In this document: positions 1 through 8,972 of the stretch, in pieces | How the letters are laid out: every line of letters begins with the position of its first letter | Position numbering within the stretch: position 1 is the stretch's first letter | Source of the DNA: Candidatus Peribacteria bacterium | GTDB taxonomy: Bacteria > Patescibacteriota > Gracilibacteria > Peribacterales > Peribacteraceae | Direction of reading: 5' to 3' | Length of the DNA: 64,000 nucleotides | Assembly: GCA_043776335.1 (NCBI GenBank) | Contig: JAYVRL010000006.1 | Span: forward strand, 33,011 to 97,010 | Made by a program: the position numbers and the translations under genes | The notes under the pieces: generated by a model | Seen by the model: only the letters and a program-made list of their open reading frames with translations | Database searches by the model: none | Told to the model about the DNA's origin: nothing

Positions 1-1749
1 AATATCCACGGGATTGAAGTGTTCGCCGTCTTTCGTCATTTCAAGATGCAGATGCGCTCCGGTCGTCATCGGTCCCGCGCCGTGCGAACCCGGCGTGCCA
101 CCCGTCAGTCCGATCACCTGATCGTAACTGATGACGTCGCCCGCTTTCACGAACGACTTGGAGACGTGACCGTAGAGCGACGCGTACCCATCGCGGTGTC
201 CGATCAAAATATAGCTGTATCCCGTGGCGCCGCCGTCCTTCACTTTGAAGACGATGCCTTCGCTGACGGTGTGGATCGGCGTGCCGAACGGCACTCCGAT
301 GTCGATGGCGCGATGCGGGACTTTGAAGACTTTCACATAATCGGGGTCGAGATACGTCGCGGTGATCGGTCCGTGCACCGGCCATGAGAAAAGCGTCGGC
401 AAACCGTTCATGCCGTTGTCATTCTGCGCGGCCTCGATCTCCGTGCCCTTTTTGTTCATCGCGGACTGGAGCGCGCTGATCTGCGGAGAAAGATCGAGAA
501 TCTGAATGGCGATGTCCTTCCTCACCTGCGTCGCCTCATCGCTCTGACGTTTCTTGCGGACATAATCCGCCGCGGCGTCCTCCGGCACACCGTTCTTCAT
601 GAGCACCAACTGGGATTTCAAATCTTGAATCTGCATGAGTATTTTATCGGAATCCGCGGACGTCATGACGACGCCGGACGCCGAGCGCACGGTCTTGTCA
701 TAGTCGATCTGCAGATTCTGCAATTTCAATTCGTCATCCTGCACGCGTCGATAGAGCTTCATGTCGGAATTCCGGAGTTGCACCGTGACCTGAAAGGCCT
801 TCAGGGCCGCGTCTTCGAGCAGACTCATCGCTTCGTCTTTGCGCTCGTATCCCGTCTTCTGATCCTGCAGAGTCTTGATCTTCGTCTGAAGCTCTCCGAG
901 ATCAACGGTGAGCTTTTGAAGTTTGGCTTCCCGAAGCTCGGTGTTGATCTTGATAAGACTGGCCTGAATCGCACCCATCTGCGCGTTCGCCTCGTCCGTT
1001 TCTTGCGCCACGTCCTTGAGCTCCGCCTCATTGAGCTGTTTCTGACGCCAACTGCTGTCGATGAACGCCGCTTTTTGATCGACGGCCGCCGTCAGATCTT
1101 GTCCTTGCTGCTGGAGCGCTCCGAGCTGATCGCTCATCTGCGCCATGACGTCATGGAGTCTCGCTTCCGTTTTCTCCGCTTCGCTCACGAGCACGTCGAT
1201 CTGCGAAGAGAAACGTTCGCGAGTTTTGATGAGCGCGAGTTCGGCGAGCGAGCGATCGATGCTGTCTCCGAGGGACCCTCGAAGAAGGCGTTTGAGCGCG
1301 ACTCCTCCCGCGGAAGGTCCGGCATCGTGAAGGGCGATGTCTTTGCTCGCGAGATACCGCACGAACGATGCGATGTCGTCTTTCTGGCTCAAAGCCACGG
1401 CCTGATAGAAACCGCGAGATTCGCTGACCGCGTCCATTTGCTGCTGCAACACATCAATCAATTTCTTGCGATCGATGATCTTCTGCTGGATCGCTTTCTG
1501 ATCGTTGGCCGTCTTTTCCAAATCCTGCCTCGCAGTCGCCACTTTTTGATCGAACTGAGCGAGATTCTCTTCCAACGTCGCGCGACGTTTCGTGGTCTCG
1601 GCCGCGGAGTGCCAGAGCTGATCGAAAGCGTCCCTCGTTTGCGCCAAAACTTCGGGGCTCGCGACGGCCAGTGCGGAGAGCGGCACAAGTGCAACGAGCG
1701 CCGCAGAGACCCAAACCGTCTTTTTGTGTGTGTGAAAGCCGAAAGGCAT
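1..1749 (-). CDS. M23/LytM-family metallopeptidase with N-terminal signal/TM anchor and long coiled coil (C-terminus cut by window edge)
   Basis: Own minus-strand translation in frame with position 1. ATG at 1749 (MPFGFHTHKKTVWVSAALVALVPLSALA...), then a Q/L/K/E-rich coiled coil. Ends ...GLTGGTPGSHGAGPMTTGAHLHLEMTKDGEHFNPVDI (HxH of M23). No in-window stop, so it is absent from the ORF track. ORF 625..1833(+) is its antisense shadow. Confidence 0.85.
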   Translation of the reverse strand, partial: MPFGFHTHKKTVWVSAALVALVPLSALAVASPEVLAQTRDAFDQLWHSAAETTKRRATLEENLAQFDQKVATARQDLEKTANDQKAIQQKIIDRKKLIDVLQQQMDAVSESRGFYQAVALSQKDDIASFVRYLASKDIALHDAGPSAGGVALKRLLRGSLGDSIDRSLAELALIKTRERFSSQIDVLVSEAEKTEARLHDVMAQMSDQLGALQQQGQDLTAAVDQKAAFIDSSWRQKQLNEAELKDVAQETDEANAQMGAIQASLIKINTELREAKLQKLTVDLGELQTKIKTLQDQKTGYERKDEAMSLLEDAALKAFQVTVQLRNSDMKLYRRVQDDELKLQNLQIDYDKTVRSASGVVMTSADSDKILMQIQDLKSQLVLMKNGVPEDAAADYVRKKRQSDEATQVRKDIAIQILDLSPQISALQSAMNKKGTEIEAAQNDNGMNGLPTLFSWPVHGPITATYLDPDYVKVFKVPHRAIDIGVPFGTPIHTVSEGIVFKVKDGGATGYSYILIGHRDGYASLYGHVSKSFVKAGDVISYDQVIGLTGGTPGSHGAGPMTTGAHLHLEMTKDGEHFNPVDI

Positions 1750-1880
1750 CAGGACAGTATACCAGAAAAACGCCCTTGGATGAAGGCCGGAAACGCCCGA
1801 AAATCCAGTCGGAACAAACCCCGAAAAAAGTAAAGGCGGATGGGCAGCCAAGGCGCGGCGGCTTTGGTAGGATCTCGGCA

Positions 1881-2465
1881 ATGCTGTACGCACTCTCCGG
1901 CATCGTGCGAAAACTCATCGTTCCGCAAGTGACCGTCGACGTCTCGGGCGTTTCGTACTTGGTCTCCGTCCCCTATCCGGTGTGGGACTCTTTGATCGAA
2001 GGAACGCGCTCCACCGTCATCGTCTACACGTACGTTCGCGAGGATCGTCTGGAACTCTTCGGATTCAAAACGGCGGAAGAAAGATCACTCTTCGTCGAGC
2101 TGCTCGGCCTGTCCGGCATCGGACCGAAAACCGCGCTCGAGCTCTGCTCCATCCCGATGAACATGTTGATGCGCGCGGTGCAAATGGACGACGTTGTGTC
2201 GCTCACGAACATCAAAGGCATCGGCAAAAAAACCGCGGAAAAATTGCTCGTGGATTTGAAATCATTGCTCGAGAAACATCCCGAGTGGATGTCTCAGCAC
2301 CCGAAGGATCGCGCGGAAGGACCGGCATCGTTCGACGCGGATGCTATCGCCGCACTGACCTCGCTCGGGTACGATCAAATGACGGTGATCGATGCGCTGA
2401 AGCGCGTCCCGGCCAAACACAAGAAGACCGAGGAACGTGTCGCCGCAGCCCTGCGCTCACTCTGA
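1881..2465 (+). CDS. ruvA: Holliday junction branch migration protein RuvA
   Basis: Inner ATG of ORF 1671..2465 (MLYALSGIV...). Helix-hairpin-helix motifs LSGIGPKTALEL and IKGIGKKTAEKL. TAGGAT -10-like box at 1868-1873, 7 nt before the ATG. Confidence 0.9.
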   Translation: MLYALSGIVRKLIVPQVTVDVSGVSYLVSVPYPVWDSLIEGTRSTVIVYTYVREDRLELFGFKTAEERSLFVELLGLSGIGPKTALELCSIPMNMLMRAVQMDDVVSLTNIKGIGKKTAEKLLVDLKSLLEKHPEWMSQHPKDRAEGPASFDADAIAALTSLGYDQMTVIDALKRVPAKHKKTEERVAAALRSL

Positions 2466-2484
2466 TCCCTTTCCCTTCTCGCCC

Positions 2485-3768
2485 ATGCTGACCCTCGACA
2501 TCAAAGGCACGCTGGCCAAGGTGATCACCCCGAGTCACGGCATTCCCGATCAGGAATTCTCCGCCATCCGTTCGTCCATGCGACGCTACACGGAGGAGTG
2601 GCTTTCGGAACGTGAGAAAGAGAAACACGCGTGGTCCATGAACCCGTATGACAAAGACGCGGTGAAAGAAGTGCAGGATCTGGTCGCGAAAGTGAAAACC
2701 GAGAACATCAAGACCGTCGTGTGGATCGGCATCGGAGGATCGGGGCTCGGACCGAAAGTGCTCTCGGAAGTCTTCGAAACGTCCGAGACTCCCGCGTTCC
2801 TCGTCATCGACACCATCGACCCGACGACGCTCCAAACTCATCTGCAGCTCATCGATTGGAAAAACGCGCTCATCGTCGTCGTGAGCAAATCGGGCAGCAC
2901 GCTCGAAACGATGGCGGCGTTCTTCGCCTGTTTTGAGAAAATGAAAGAAGTCGTAAAGTCGCATCCGAGCAACCGCGTCATCGCCATCACGGATCCCGAA
3001 GGTGGCCCGCTGCGTGCCTTCGCCAAAGCCAACCACATCGCGTCGCTCTCGATCCCCCCGAACGTCGGCGGACGTTTCTGCATCTTCACGCCCGTGGGAC
3101 TCCTGGCACTCGGACTCTTGAACGGCGACATCGCGCAATTCGTGAGAGGAGCGAAGGAAATGGACACGCACTGTCAGGAAATGACGCTCTCGAGAAACCC
3201 CGCAGCCTCACTCGCCGCCGTGCAATATCTGCTCGACACGCGCCGCGGGTATCCGATCCGCGTGATCATGCCGTACGGCGACCGTCTGCAATCCATGGCG
3301 CGCTGGGAACAGCAACTGCTCGCCGAAAGTCTCGGCAAAAGCGACGGCTTCAATCCGATCCCCGTCGCCGCGATCGGCACGCAAGATCAGCACTCGCTGC
3401 TGCAGCAATGGATGGCGGGGCCGCGAAAATCATGGCACTTGTTCCTGCGCGAACTCGACAAAACCAGACTCGAAGTCCCGCGCACGGTGCCCGATGCCTT
3501 CGCGTACATCGGCGGCAAAACCTTCGGCCAGCTTCTCGATGCATGTTACGAAGGGACAAGTCAGGCGCTCACGTCCGCGAAACGTCCGCACGTCACGCTC
3601 TCGCTCCAGCGACTCGACGAATATCACATGGGACAATTGTTCTTCCTGTTGCTCACGGAAGTCGTGTACCTCGGCAAACTCTATCGCATCGATATCTACG
3701 GTCAACCCGCAGTGGAAATCGGAAAACAGATCACGAAAGGGATTCTCAGCAAAGGCATCGAACGATAA
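2485..3768 (+). CDS. pgi: glucose-6-phosphate isomerase (SIS-domain type)
   Basis: ORF 2437..3768 with start moved to ATG 2485 (MLTLDIKG...). SIS motifs WIGIGGSGLGPK and VVSKSGSTLET. Confidence 0.85.
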   Translation: MLTLDIKGTLAKVITPSHGIPDQEFSAIRSSMRRYTEEWLSEREKEKHAWSMNPYDKDAVKEVQDLVAKVKTENIKTVVWIGIGGSGLGPKVLSEVFETSETPAFLVIDTIDPTTLQTHLQLIDWKNALIVVVSKSGSTLETMAAFFACFEKMKEVVKSHPSNRVIAITDPEGGPLRAFAKANHIASLSIPPNVGGRFCIFTPVGLLALGLLNGDIAQFVRGAKEMDTHCQEMTLSRNPAASLAAVQYLLDTRRGYPIRVIMPYGDRLQSMARWEQQLLAESLGKSDGFNPIPVAAIGTQDQHSLLQQWMAGPRKSWHLFLRELDKTRLEVPRTVPDAFAYIGGKTFGQLLDACYEGTSQALTSAKRPHVTLSLQRLDEYHMGQLFFLLLTEVVYLGKLYRIDIYGQPAVEIGKQITKGILSKGIER

Positions 3769-3784
3769 AAAAGATTCGAGAATA

Positions 3785-3814
3785 TTGGAAACGCAATCGC
3801 GAATGGTTTATACT
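3785..3814 (+). promoter_or_regulatory. sigma70-like promoter for trxA (TTGGAA-18-TATACT)
   Basis: TTGGAA at 3785-3790, 18-nt spacer, TATACT at 3809-3814, 32 nt upstream of the trxA ATG. Confidence 0.45.
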
Positions 3815-3846
3815 GACGTCGTCATTTTCTTCTCTCCGCACGCCTC

Positions 3847-4167
3847 ATGGCCACCGCTCTCTCCGACGCCGAATTCCAAGACAAAGTGCTGAAATCGTCG
3901 GTACCCGTACTTGTGGACTTTTGGGCTCCGTGGTGCGGTCCGTGCAAGGCAATGCTCCCGATCGTGGACGAACTCGTGAAGAAATACGACGGCAAGGTGG
4001 CGTTCTATAAAATCAACGTGGATGAGAACAGCGAAGTGCCGGGTCAGTTCAACGTCATGAGCATTCCGACCTTCATTCTTTTCAAAAATGGTGAAGCGAA
4101 AGACACGTTCGTCGGAGTGAAATCAAAAGAAGACGTTTCGACTCGTTTGGACGCTCTGCTCAGCTAA
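3847..4167 (+). CDS. trxA: thioredoxin
   Basis: 106 aa with the WCGPC active site (DFWAPWCGPCK) and a typical thioredoxin length and layout. Confidence 0.92.
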   Translation: MATALSDAEFQDKVLKSSVPVLVDFWAPWCGPCKAMLPIVDELVKKYDGKVAFYKINVDENSEVPGQFNVMSIPTFILFKNGEAKDTFVGVKSKEDVSTRLDALLS

Positions 4168-4169
4168 CC

Positions 4170-4424
4170 ATGAAAACGTTTCTCAGCCTCGTCGGCATCG
4201 TGTTCGGTTGCCTCCTCGTGTACTACCGAGAACAGGTCGGCATGGCCTTCGGGGATCCGCCATGGGCTTCGAAAGTCGGCGGCGTCTATAACGTGGTGAT
4301 CATCATCGGCATCTTCTTCGTCTTCTGGAGCCTCGCCACGCTCACGAACACGACGGACGTCCTCTTCGCGCCGATCTTCATGTTCCTGCCGCACAAAATC
4401 CAAGACGCTTCGCAAAGTTTCTGA
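4170..4424 (+). CDS. small membrane protein, unknown function
   Basis: 84-aa ORF starting 3 nt after the trxA stop, with two hydrophobic segments (LSLVGIVFGCLLVY, VVIIIGIFFVFWSLATL). Confidence 0.5.
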   Translation: MKTFLSLVGIVFGCLLVYYREQVGMAFGDPPWASKVGGVYNVVIIIGIFFVFWSLATLTNTTDVLFAPIFMFLPHKIQDASQSF

Positions 4425-4430
4425 GGAACT

Positions 4431-5063
4431 CTACTTCGTGAGGAAGAGCTCTTCTTTGCAGAAACGCACTTTCTTGTAGGCGGCTGCCGCATCGTCCTCC
4501 GAGCGAAAACCGACGGGACAGAGCGCCACGACGGTCAAACCCTCTTCGGCGAGGCCGAGATCCGCATCGACATGCGCGGCATCGAAGCCCTCCATAGGAC
4601 AGGAATCGATGTGCATGTGCGCGGCGGCGGAAAGTAAGAATCCAAGCGCGATATAGGTCTGCTTCTTCGACCAATCAAGGAGCTCCTGAGAACTCTTGCC
4701 GTTGATCGTGCCCATCATCATGTCTTTGAAACCTTTGAGGTTCTCGACCGGCACTCCCCTCACCTTCGAAATCGCATCGATGTAATGATCGACGTACTTT
4801 TCATCCAATGTTTTCACGGCACAGAGCGCGATAAGATGAGAAGCATCCGTGATCTGCGTCTGACCCCACGCATGCTCGCGAACTTTGGCGCGAACAGCGG
4901 GATCTTCGACGAGGACGAATCTGTACGGCTGCAATCCGTACGACGAAGCCGTAAGGCGTAAAGCTTCAAGAAGCTCATCCAGTTGCGAAGAAGTCAGCTT
5001 CTTGGCGGCATCAAATTTCTTGACGGCGTAACGCCATTGAAGGTTCTCGAGAAAAGTCGGCAT
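4431..5063 (-). CDS. nitroreductase-family oxidoreductase
   Basis: ORF 4431..5087. The track start is TTG, so I prefer ATG 5063 (MPTFLENLQWRYAVKKFD...). RYAVKKF plus LTASSYGLQPYRF are typical of the NfsB/NfnB-like fold. Confidence 0.8.
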   Translation of the reverse strand: MPTFLENLQWRYAVKKFDAAKKLTSSQLDELLEALRLTASSYGLQPYRFVLVEDPAVRAKVREHAWGQTQITDASHLIALCAVKTLDEKYVDHYIDAISKVRGVPVENLKGFKDMMMGTINGKSSQELLDWSKKQTYIALGFLLSAAAHMHIDSCPMEGFDAAHVDADLGLAEEGLTVVALCPVGFRSEDDAAAAYKKVRFCKEELFLTK

Positions 5064-5186
5064 GCGGGGAAGTGGGAAAGTGATCAAAGTCTAACCCTCG
5101 GACATGGGGAAGGCAAGAATGTTTATATATAAACAAAAGCCCTCCTGCGAACAGGAAGGCTCTCGTGTCATGTCGAGCACCGACGA

Positions 5187-6158
5187 TCATTTCTGGTGGA
5201 GAGGTCCTCCTTTTTCAATGTACAAAGTCATCAGCAGCCTGGCTTTCTGATCATCTTTGTCGCCCTTCCACTCCTGGTCGATAAGCTGGAAGCAAATGTG
5301 GAGCCAAACATGCGTGCAACGCACGTCGTTCTCCCAACTTGATTCATGCTTGCCGAAGATCTTTTCGAGCTCTGGATAGAACTCCGCGCGCTGATCGAAC
5401 TCTTTGCCGAGAGTGCGACCGTCACTTTGGACGTTCTTCTTCATTTTGGCGACTTCGTCCTGTAAGAAGTCAGCATACGGTTTGTCCCCAAGAAAGGACG
5501 TTAAACGGTTCTGGAAGGTATGTGCCTCCAGCTCCATGTAACAAAAAATCTTGTGGTCGTTCCAGTCATAACCAAGGGTCATGAACCTGTAGGCATGCAG
5601 GCCTTCGTGCAAGGTGATCAGACCCTTCCACGGTACGCTCACCTTCTGAGATTTGATGATGAGAGCCCGTTTATCAGGCATGAAATTTGCGGCGGCCTTT
5701 TGCTCCCAGATGTCCTTCCACATCGGAGAAACTTTCGTATCTGCTTCGATCATCGGCAGAATGACGAACCAGTTGTCGCCCTTACCGGCCTCCAGAAAGC
5801 GAGCTCCCTGAACGTCGGGTGCGGCAATGGAACCGCGTTCCTGCATGAACTCGATGACCTCCTTGGCAAGAGGGTCGCCGGACGCATTGGTGATTTGACC
5901 CGCGGCGTGAAACCACGGATTCCAAACAGCGATGCGTTCCTCCGTTTGCCTCTCGAATTCTTCGGGAGCGAGAGGCTGAAACTTCAATTCAACTTGAGGC
6001 AATACCACGACTTCGTCCTTCACTTCTTGAGAACTTGGCGGCGGCGTAAGCGCCTGTTTCCCCGCCTTCACCGTGTTCTGAGGCCTCGTGCACGAAACAA
6101 TCGTAAGCACGACCACAACAACTCCTGCAGAAACCAAAACCGCACTCAATCGTTTCAT
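5187..6158 (-). CDS. lipoprotein with HExxH motif (possible metallopeptidase-like), unknown function
   Basis: Lipobox signal MKRLSAVLVSAGVVVVVLTIVSC. HEGLH motif (ITLHEGLHAYRF) with downstream ELEAH. GGAGGAG Shine-Dalgarno 5 nt before the ATG. Confidence 0.65.
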   Translation of the reverse strand: MKRLSAVLVSAGVVVVVLTIVSCTRPQNTVKAGKQALTPPPSSQEVKDEVVVLPQVELKFQPLAPEEFERQTEERIAVWNPWFHAAGQITNASGDPLAKEVIEFMQERGSIAAPDVQGARFLEAGKGDNWFVILPMIEADTKVSPMWKDIWEQKAAANFMPDKRALIIKSQKVSVPWKGLITLHEGLHAYRFMTLGYDWNDHKIFCYMELEAHTFQNRLTSFLGDKPYADFLQDEVAKMKKNVQSDGRTLGKEFDQRAEFYPELEKIFGKHESSWENDVRCTHVWLHICFQLIDQEWKGDKDDQKARLLMTLYIEKGGPLHQK

Positions 6159-6310
6159 CTGAACTCCTCCATAGAAATGTGCCGGGCTTTCCCCATGACG
6201 TCTTCTTTCAACACTGAAAGAAGGCGCAGAGAGAAACGCATGCCAAGGAACAAGATGACATATTTAAACATATTACTTAATTTACGTCAATATAGCCAGA
6301 ACTGCAAAAT

Positions 6311-6386
6311 TGGTGGAGCTGAGGAGATTCGAACTCCTGACCCTCTGGTTGCAAACCAGATGCTCTACCAACTGAGCTACAGCCCC
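6311..6386 (-). tRNA. tRNA-Ala (anticodon UGC), CCA encoded
   Basis: Minus strand reads GGGGCTGTAGCTCAGTTGGTAGAGCATCTGGTTTGCAACCAGAGGGTCAGGAGTTCGAATCTCCTCAGCTCCACCA. It folds as a cloverleaf with the G3:U70 Ala identity pair, anticodon loop TTTGCAA and T-loop TTCGAAT. Confidence 0.92.
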
Positions 6387-6463
6387 ATGAACGGGAATTT
6401 TGGTGATGTGATGGAAAAAGGATCGAGCAGTTCTTTTATCTGTGCCTCGCTCCGCGAGACTGG

Positions 6464-6482
6464 CAACTGAGCTACAGCCCCA
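6464..6482 (-). repeat. 19-nt direct duplicate of the tRNA-Ala 5' end
   Basis: CAACTGAGCTACAGCCCCA at 6464-6482 is identical to 6369-6387 (plus-strand reading). It is not followed by the rest of a tRNA. Confidence 0.8.
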
Positions 6483-6533
6483 CGAATGATGGTACGACGA
6501 TGGTGTGGGCGGCAGTCTACTGGATCAAAACAC

Positions 6534-7667
6534 TTACGTCACGATCTCCTGAAGCCTCTTCTGAGCGACCGCATTCTTGATCTCCAGACCGAGCCTCTCG
6601 CCGACACTCAAGCTAGAGCCGTACAGATAACCCGAATACGGCGTCGCAGCGATACCGGGGGAACCGGGAATGCGAAGCGACACGTCAAAGATTATGATGT
6701 CCTCTTTCCCCTCTTCGGCGACGACCGCGCCTTGGAGCGCGAACGGACCGACGATGCCTTTGCCGCTCGGGTCCAGATCCTTCGGGAGTTTCTTGCATGC
6801 CGCGACGAACTTCTCGCCGAGATCGAACGCCTTCTCAAGGATCGACTCCTTCACCGTGCACGCGATGTGTCCCGTCTCGATCATCTTGAGCGGAACGTGT
6901 TTCAGCGCGGTCATCTGCTGATCGGCCGTCATGCGCAAAAAACCGTCGAGATTCGTCTGGCGTCGCGTGTCCGTGCCGAGGAGCTCTACTTCGCCCGTGA
7001 GCGGAGAGTAGAAGAAGTTGAAGTTCACGGGAGCGCCGACGATGAACTCTTCGATCGTCGCTTCGCGCCAGTTCTTCGACACTTTCCCCTCTTTCTCGAG
7101 TTTGGAACCGATCGCTTCGTAACTCGCGGCGTCGGTTGCGATGAAGAATGCGCGCTCGTAACTGCGCGTCGCTTCGGCGGCTTTCACGAGCACGGGTCGA
7201 TCGATGTCTTTGGCATTCTTGAACATTTTTGGGATGCGAATGCCGGCTTTGTTCAGAAGATCGTACTGATTGAACGGCTGATCGCGCTCTTCCAATTTCA
7301 AAAGCGTCCTCGAACCGACGATCGGGACGGCGAAGTCGTTCTCGACCTTTGAAAAATCATCAAAATAGACCCAGAAATAACGATTATGCACAAAAATTGT
7401 ATTCATATTTTGCAGCTTCTGCTGGACGTCTTTAGAAAGAACATCCTGAAAATCCTTCACCTCGATCACGTCATCGACGCAACCTCGTCCGTCGCGCGTT
7501 TTGAAATGCTTCGCGTAGGTTTTCTCTCTTCCCTTTCTCGCGACGCAGACCGTTTTGAATCCGAAACGCTTCACGCCGTGACACACGTCGAGCGCACTGT
7601 GTCCGCCAAGCACGCCGACGGTGATGTTTTTCAAATCGTAGCCGTTGAGGATTGCGGAAAGATCCAT
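6534..7667 (-). CDS. purP: archaeal-type FAICAR synthetase PurP (ATP-grasp, formate-dependent AICAR formylation), paralogue 1
   Basis: 377 aa. Matches the PurP family as I remember it from Methanocaldococcus: GGHSALDV..., VNFNFFYSPLTGEVELLGTDTRRQTN, GPFALQG. Confidence 0.8.
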   Translation of the reverse strand: MDLSAILNGYDLKNITVGVLGGHSALDVCHGVKRFGFKTVCVARKGREKTYAKHFKTRDGRGCVDDVIEVKDFQDVLSKDVQQKLQNMNTIFVHNRYFWVYFDDFSKVENDFAVPIVGSRTLLKLEERDQPFNQYDLLNKAGIRIPKMFKNAKDIDRPVLVKAAEATRSYERAFFIATDAASYEAIGSKLEKEGKVSKNWREATIEEFIVGAPVNFNFFYSPLTGEVELLGTDTRRQTNLDGFLRMTADQQMTALKHVPLKMIETGHIACTVKESILEKAFDLGEKFVAACKKLPKDLDPSGKGIVGPFALQGAVVAEEGKEDIIIFDVSLRIPGSPGIAATPYSGYLYGSSLSVGERLGLEIKNAVAQKRLQEIVT

Positions 7668-7713
7668 GATCGAAGTATGAAGGAAAAAGGCGAAATGGTG
7701 AACGCTCTTTCTC

Positions 7714-8796
7714 TTACCCGAGGATTTCGCTCAGTCTGCCGCCCTCAATGGCCTGTTTGATGTCGCGCGCGATGCGACGACCCGTGCTCATCGGCACGTC
7801 ATACTTCAGCGCCGTGTACGGCGAGCCTTCGATGAACGGATTGGTGCCGGCGACGATGCGCGCGCTGATCTCGAAGACGAACGTCTGCAACTTGCGCGTC
7901 ACGATGGTTTCCAAGCAAAAAGGGCCGAAAAGGCCTTTCGTGAGCTTCTTCATGGTCTTCGTATTGTGCAGTTTGCGACTGGCTTTGAGCACTCGCTCGC
8001 CCATCTGAAAGAATTCGGGAAGCATCGACTCACGCACGACGAGCGGAATGTTGCCAACGATCGTGTAGCTGGTGTGAATCTTGGCGGCGAGCTGATCCTC
8101 GGCCTTGATGCGTCCGATGGAATCGGCATTCGACTCATAGCGTTTGTCAAAGCTCATGATCTCCAATTCACCCGTGATCGGGGAGTAGAAATAATGGATG
8201 TAGAGCGGGACGCCGATGATATATTCCTGAATCGTGAAATCGTTTTCGTCGGGATACTTGCGATTCTTCACTTCGTAAAATTGTTCGGCGTTGCGAACGA
8301 CGAAATACCCGAAGCCTCCTCCCGCGCCGTGAAATTTCACGATCACGGGACAATCGATGTCCTCCGGTTTCTCAAACACGCGAGGCATCAAAATTTTGGC
8401 GTCCAGAAGCCACTCTCTCTCCATCGTGCGATTGCTCTCCCATTCGAGGATTTCTTTCGTGCCGTAGTACATCGTCTTCATGGACTGCACTTTCTCATGA
8501 CCCATGTACGAGATGAACGATCCGTGCGGGATGATGATGGCCTTCGACTTCAGAAGCTCCGGCTCGATCTTCTTGTCCCACTCACTCCACTCGTCGACGA
8601 TCAAAATCGTGTCGGCCACGCCGAAACTTTTGTACACGCCCTCGGTGCCGCGCTTGCAGACGACGATGTTCGGTACGCCCTCGTCGCGCGCACCTTTCAA
8701 GATCTGCAATGCCGAATGACTGCCGATCGTGGCGATGCAATAATCCTTGGGATTACATGAAACGCCTGCCGTCGATTTCTTCTTGGCTGGAACCAT
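7714..8796 (-). CDS. purP: archaeal-type FAICAR synthetase PurP, paralogue 2
   Basis: 360 aa. Strong resemblance to M. jannaschii PurP: IATIGSHSALQILKGA, IIPHGSFISYMG, VIVKFHGAGGGFGYF, HYFYSPITGELEIMSFDKRYESN, GPFCLE, GRRIARDIK. Confidence 0.88.
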   Translation of the reverse strand: MVPAKKKSTAGVSCNPKDYCIATIGSHSALQILKGARDEGVPNIVVCKRGTEGVYKSFGVADTILIVDEWSEWDKKIEPELLKSKAIIIPHGSFISYMGHEKVQSMKTMYYGTKEILEWESNRTMEREWLLDAKILMPRVFEKPEDIDCPVIVKFHGAGGGFGYFVVRNAEQFYEVKNRKYPDENDFTIQEYIIGVPLYIHYFYSPITGELEIMSFDKRYESNADSIGRIKAEDQLAAKIHTSYTIVGNIPLVVRESMLPEFFQMGERVLKASRKLHNTKTMKKLTKGLFGPFCLETIVTRKLQTFVFEISARIVAGTNPFIEGSPYTALKYDVPMSTGRRIARDIKQAIEGGRLSEILG

Positions 8797-8857
8797 GGTA
8801 TTTCGAAAATCCTACTCCCGTCCGAATCGGGGAGCAAGAACCTTTCCACGAAAAAGA

Positions 8858-8932
8858 TGGAGGTGCCGGCGAGGATCGCACTCGCGCATGAGGGATTTGC
8901 AGTCCCTTGCCTTACTGCTTGGCTACGGCACC
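8858..8932 (-). tRNA. tRNA-Cys (anticodon GCA), CCA encoded, atypical D- and T-loops
   Basis: Minus strand reads GGTGCCGTAGCCAAGCAGTAAGGCAAGGGACTGCAAATCCCTCATGCGCGAGTGCGATCCTCGCCGGCACCTCCA. 7-bp acceptor stem, anticodon loop CTGCAAA. The T-loop is TGCGATC (G where U55 is expected). The D-stem is 3 bp and the D-loop lacks GG. Confidence 0.8.
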
Positions 8933-8972
8933 AGCTGAACGATTCTACTCAGATTGCGGCCGAAGGCAAAGA

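Noticed and set aside
625-1833. 402-aa plus-strand ORF
   Set aside because: It lies entirely antisense to the M23 peptidase gene, which has a clear signal peptide, coiled coil and HxH motif. Its product is R/L/H-rich and low in complexity, typical of a shadow ORF in GC-rich DNA.
2344-3171. 275-aa minus-strand ORF
   Set aside because: It is antisense to pgi and ruvA. Its composition is R/D/E/H-rich and it has no motifs.
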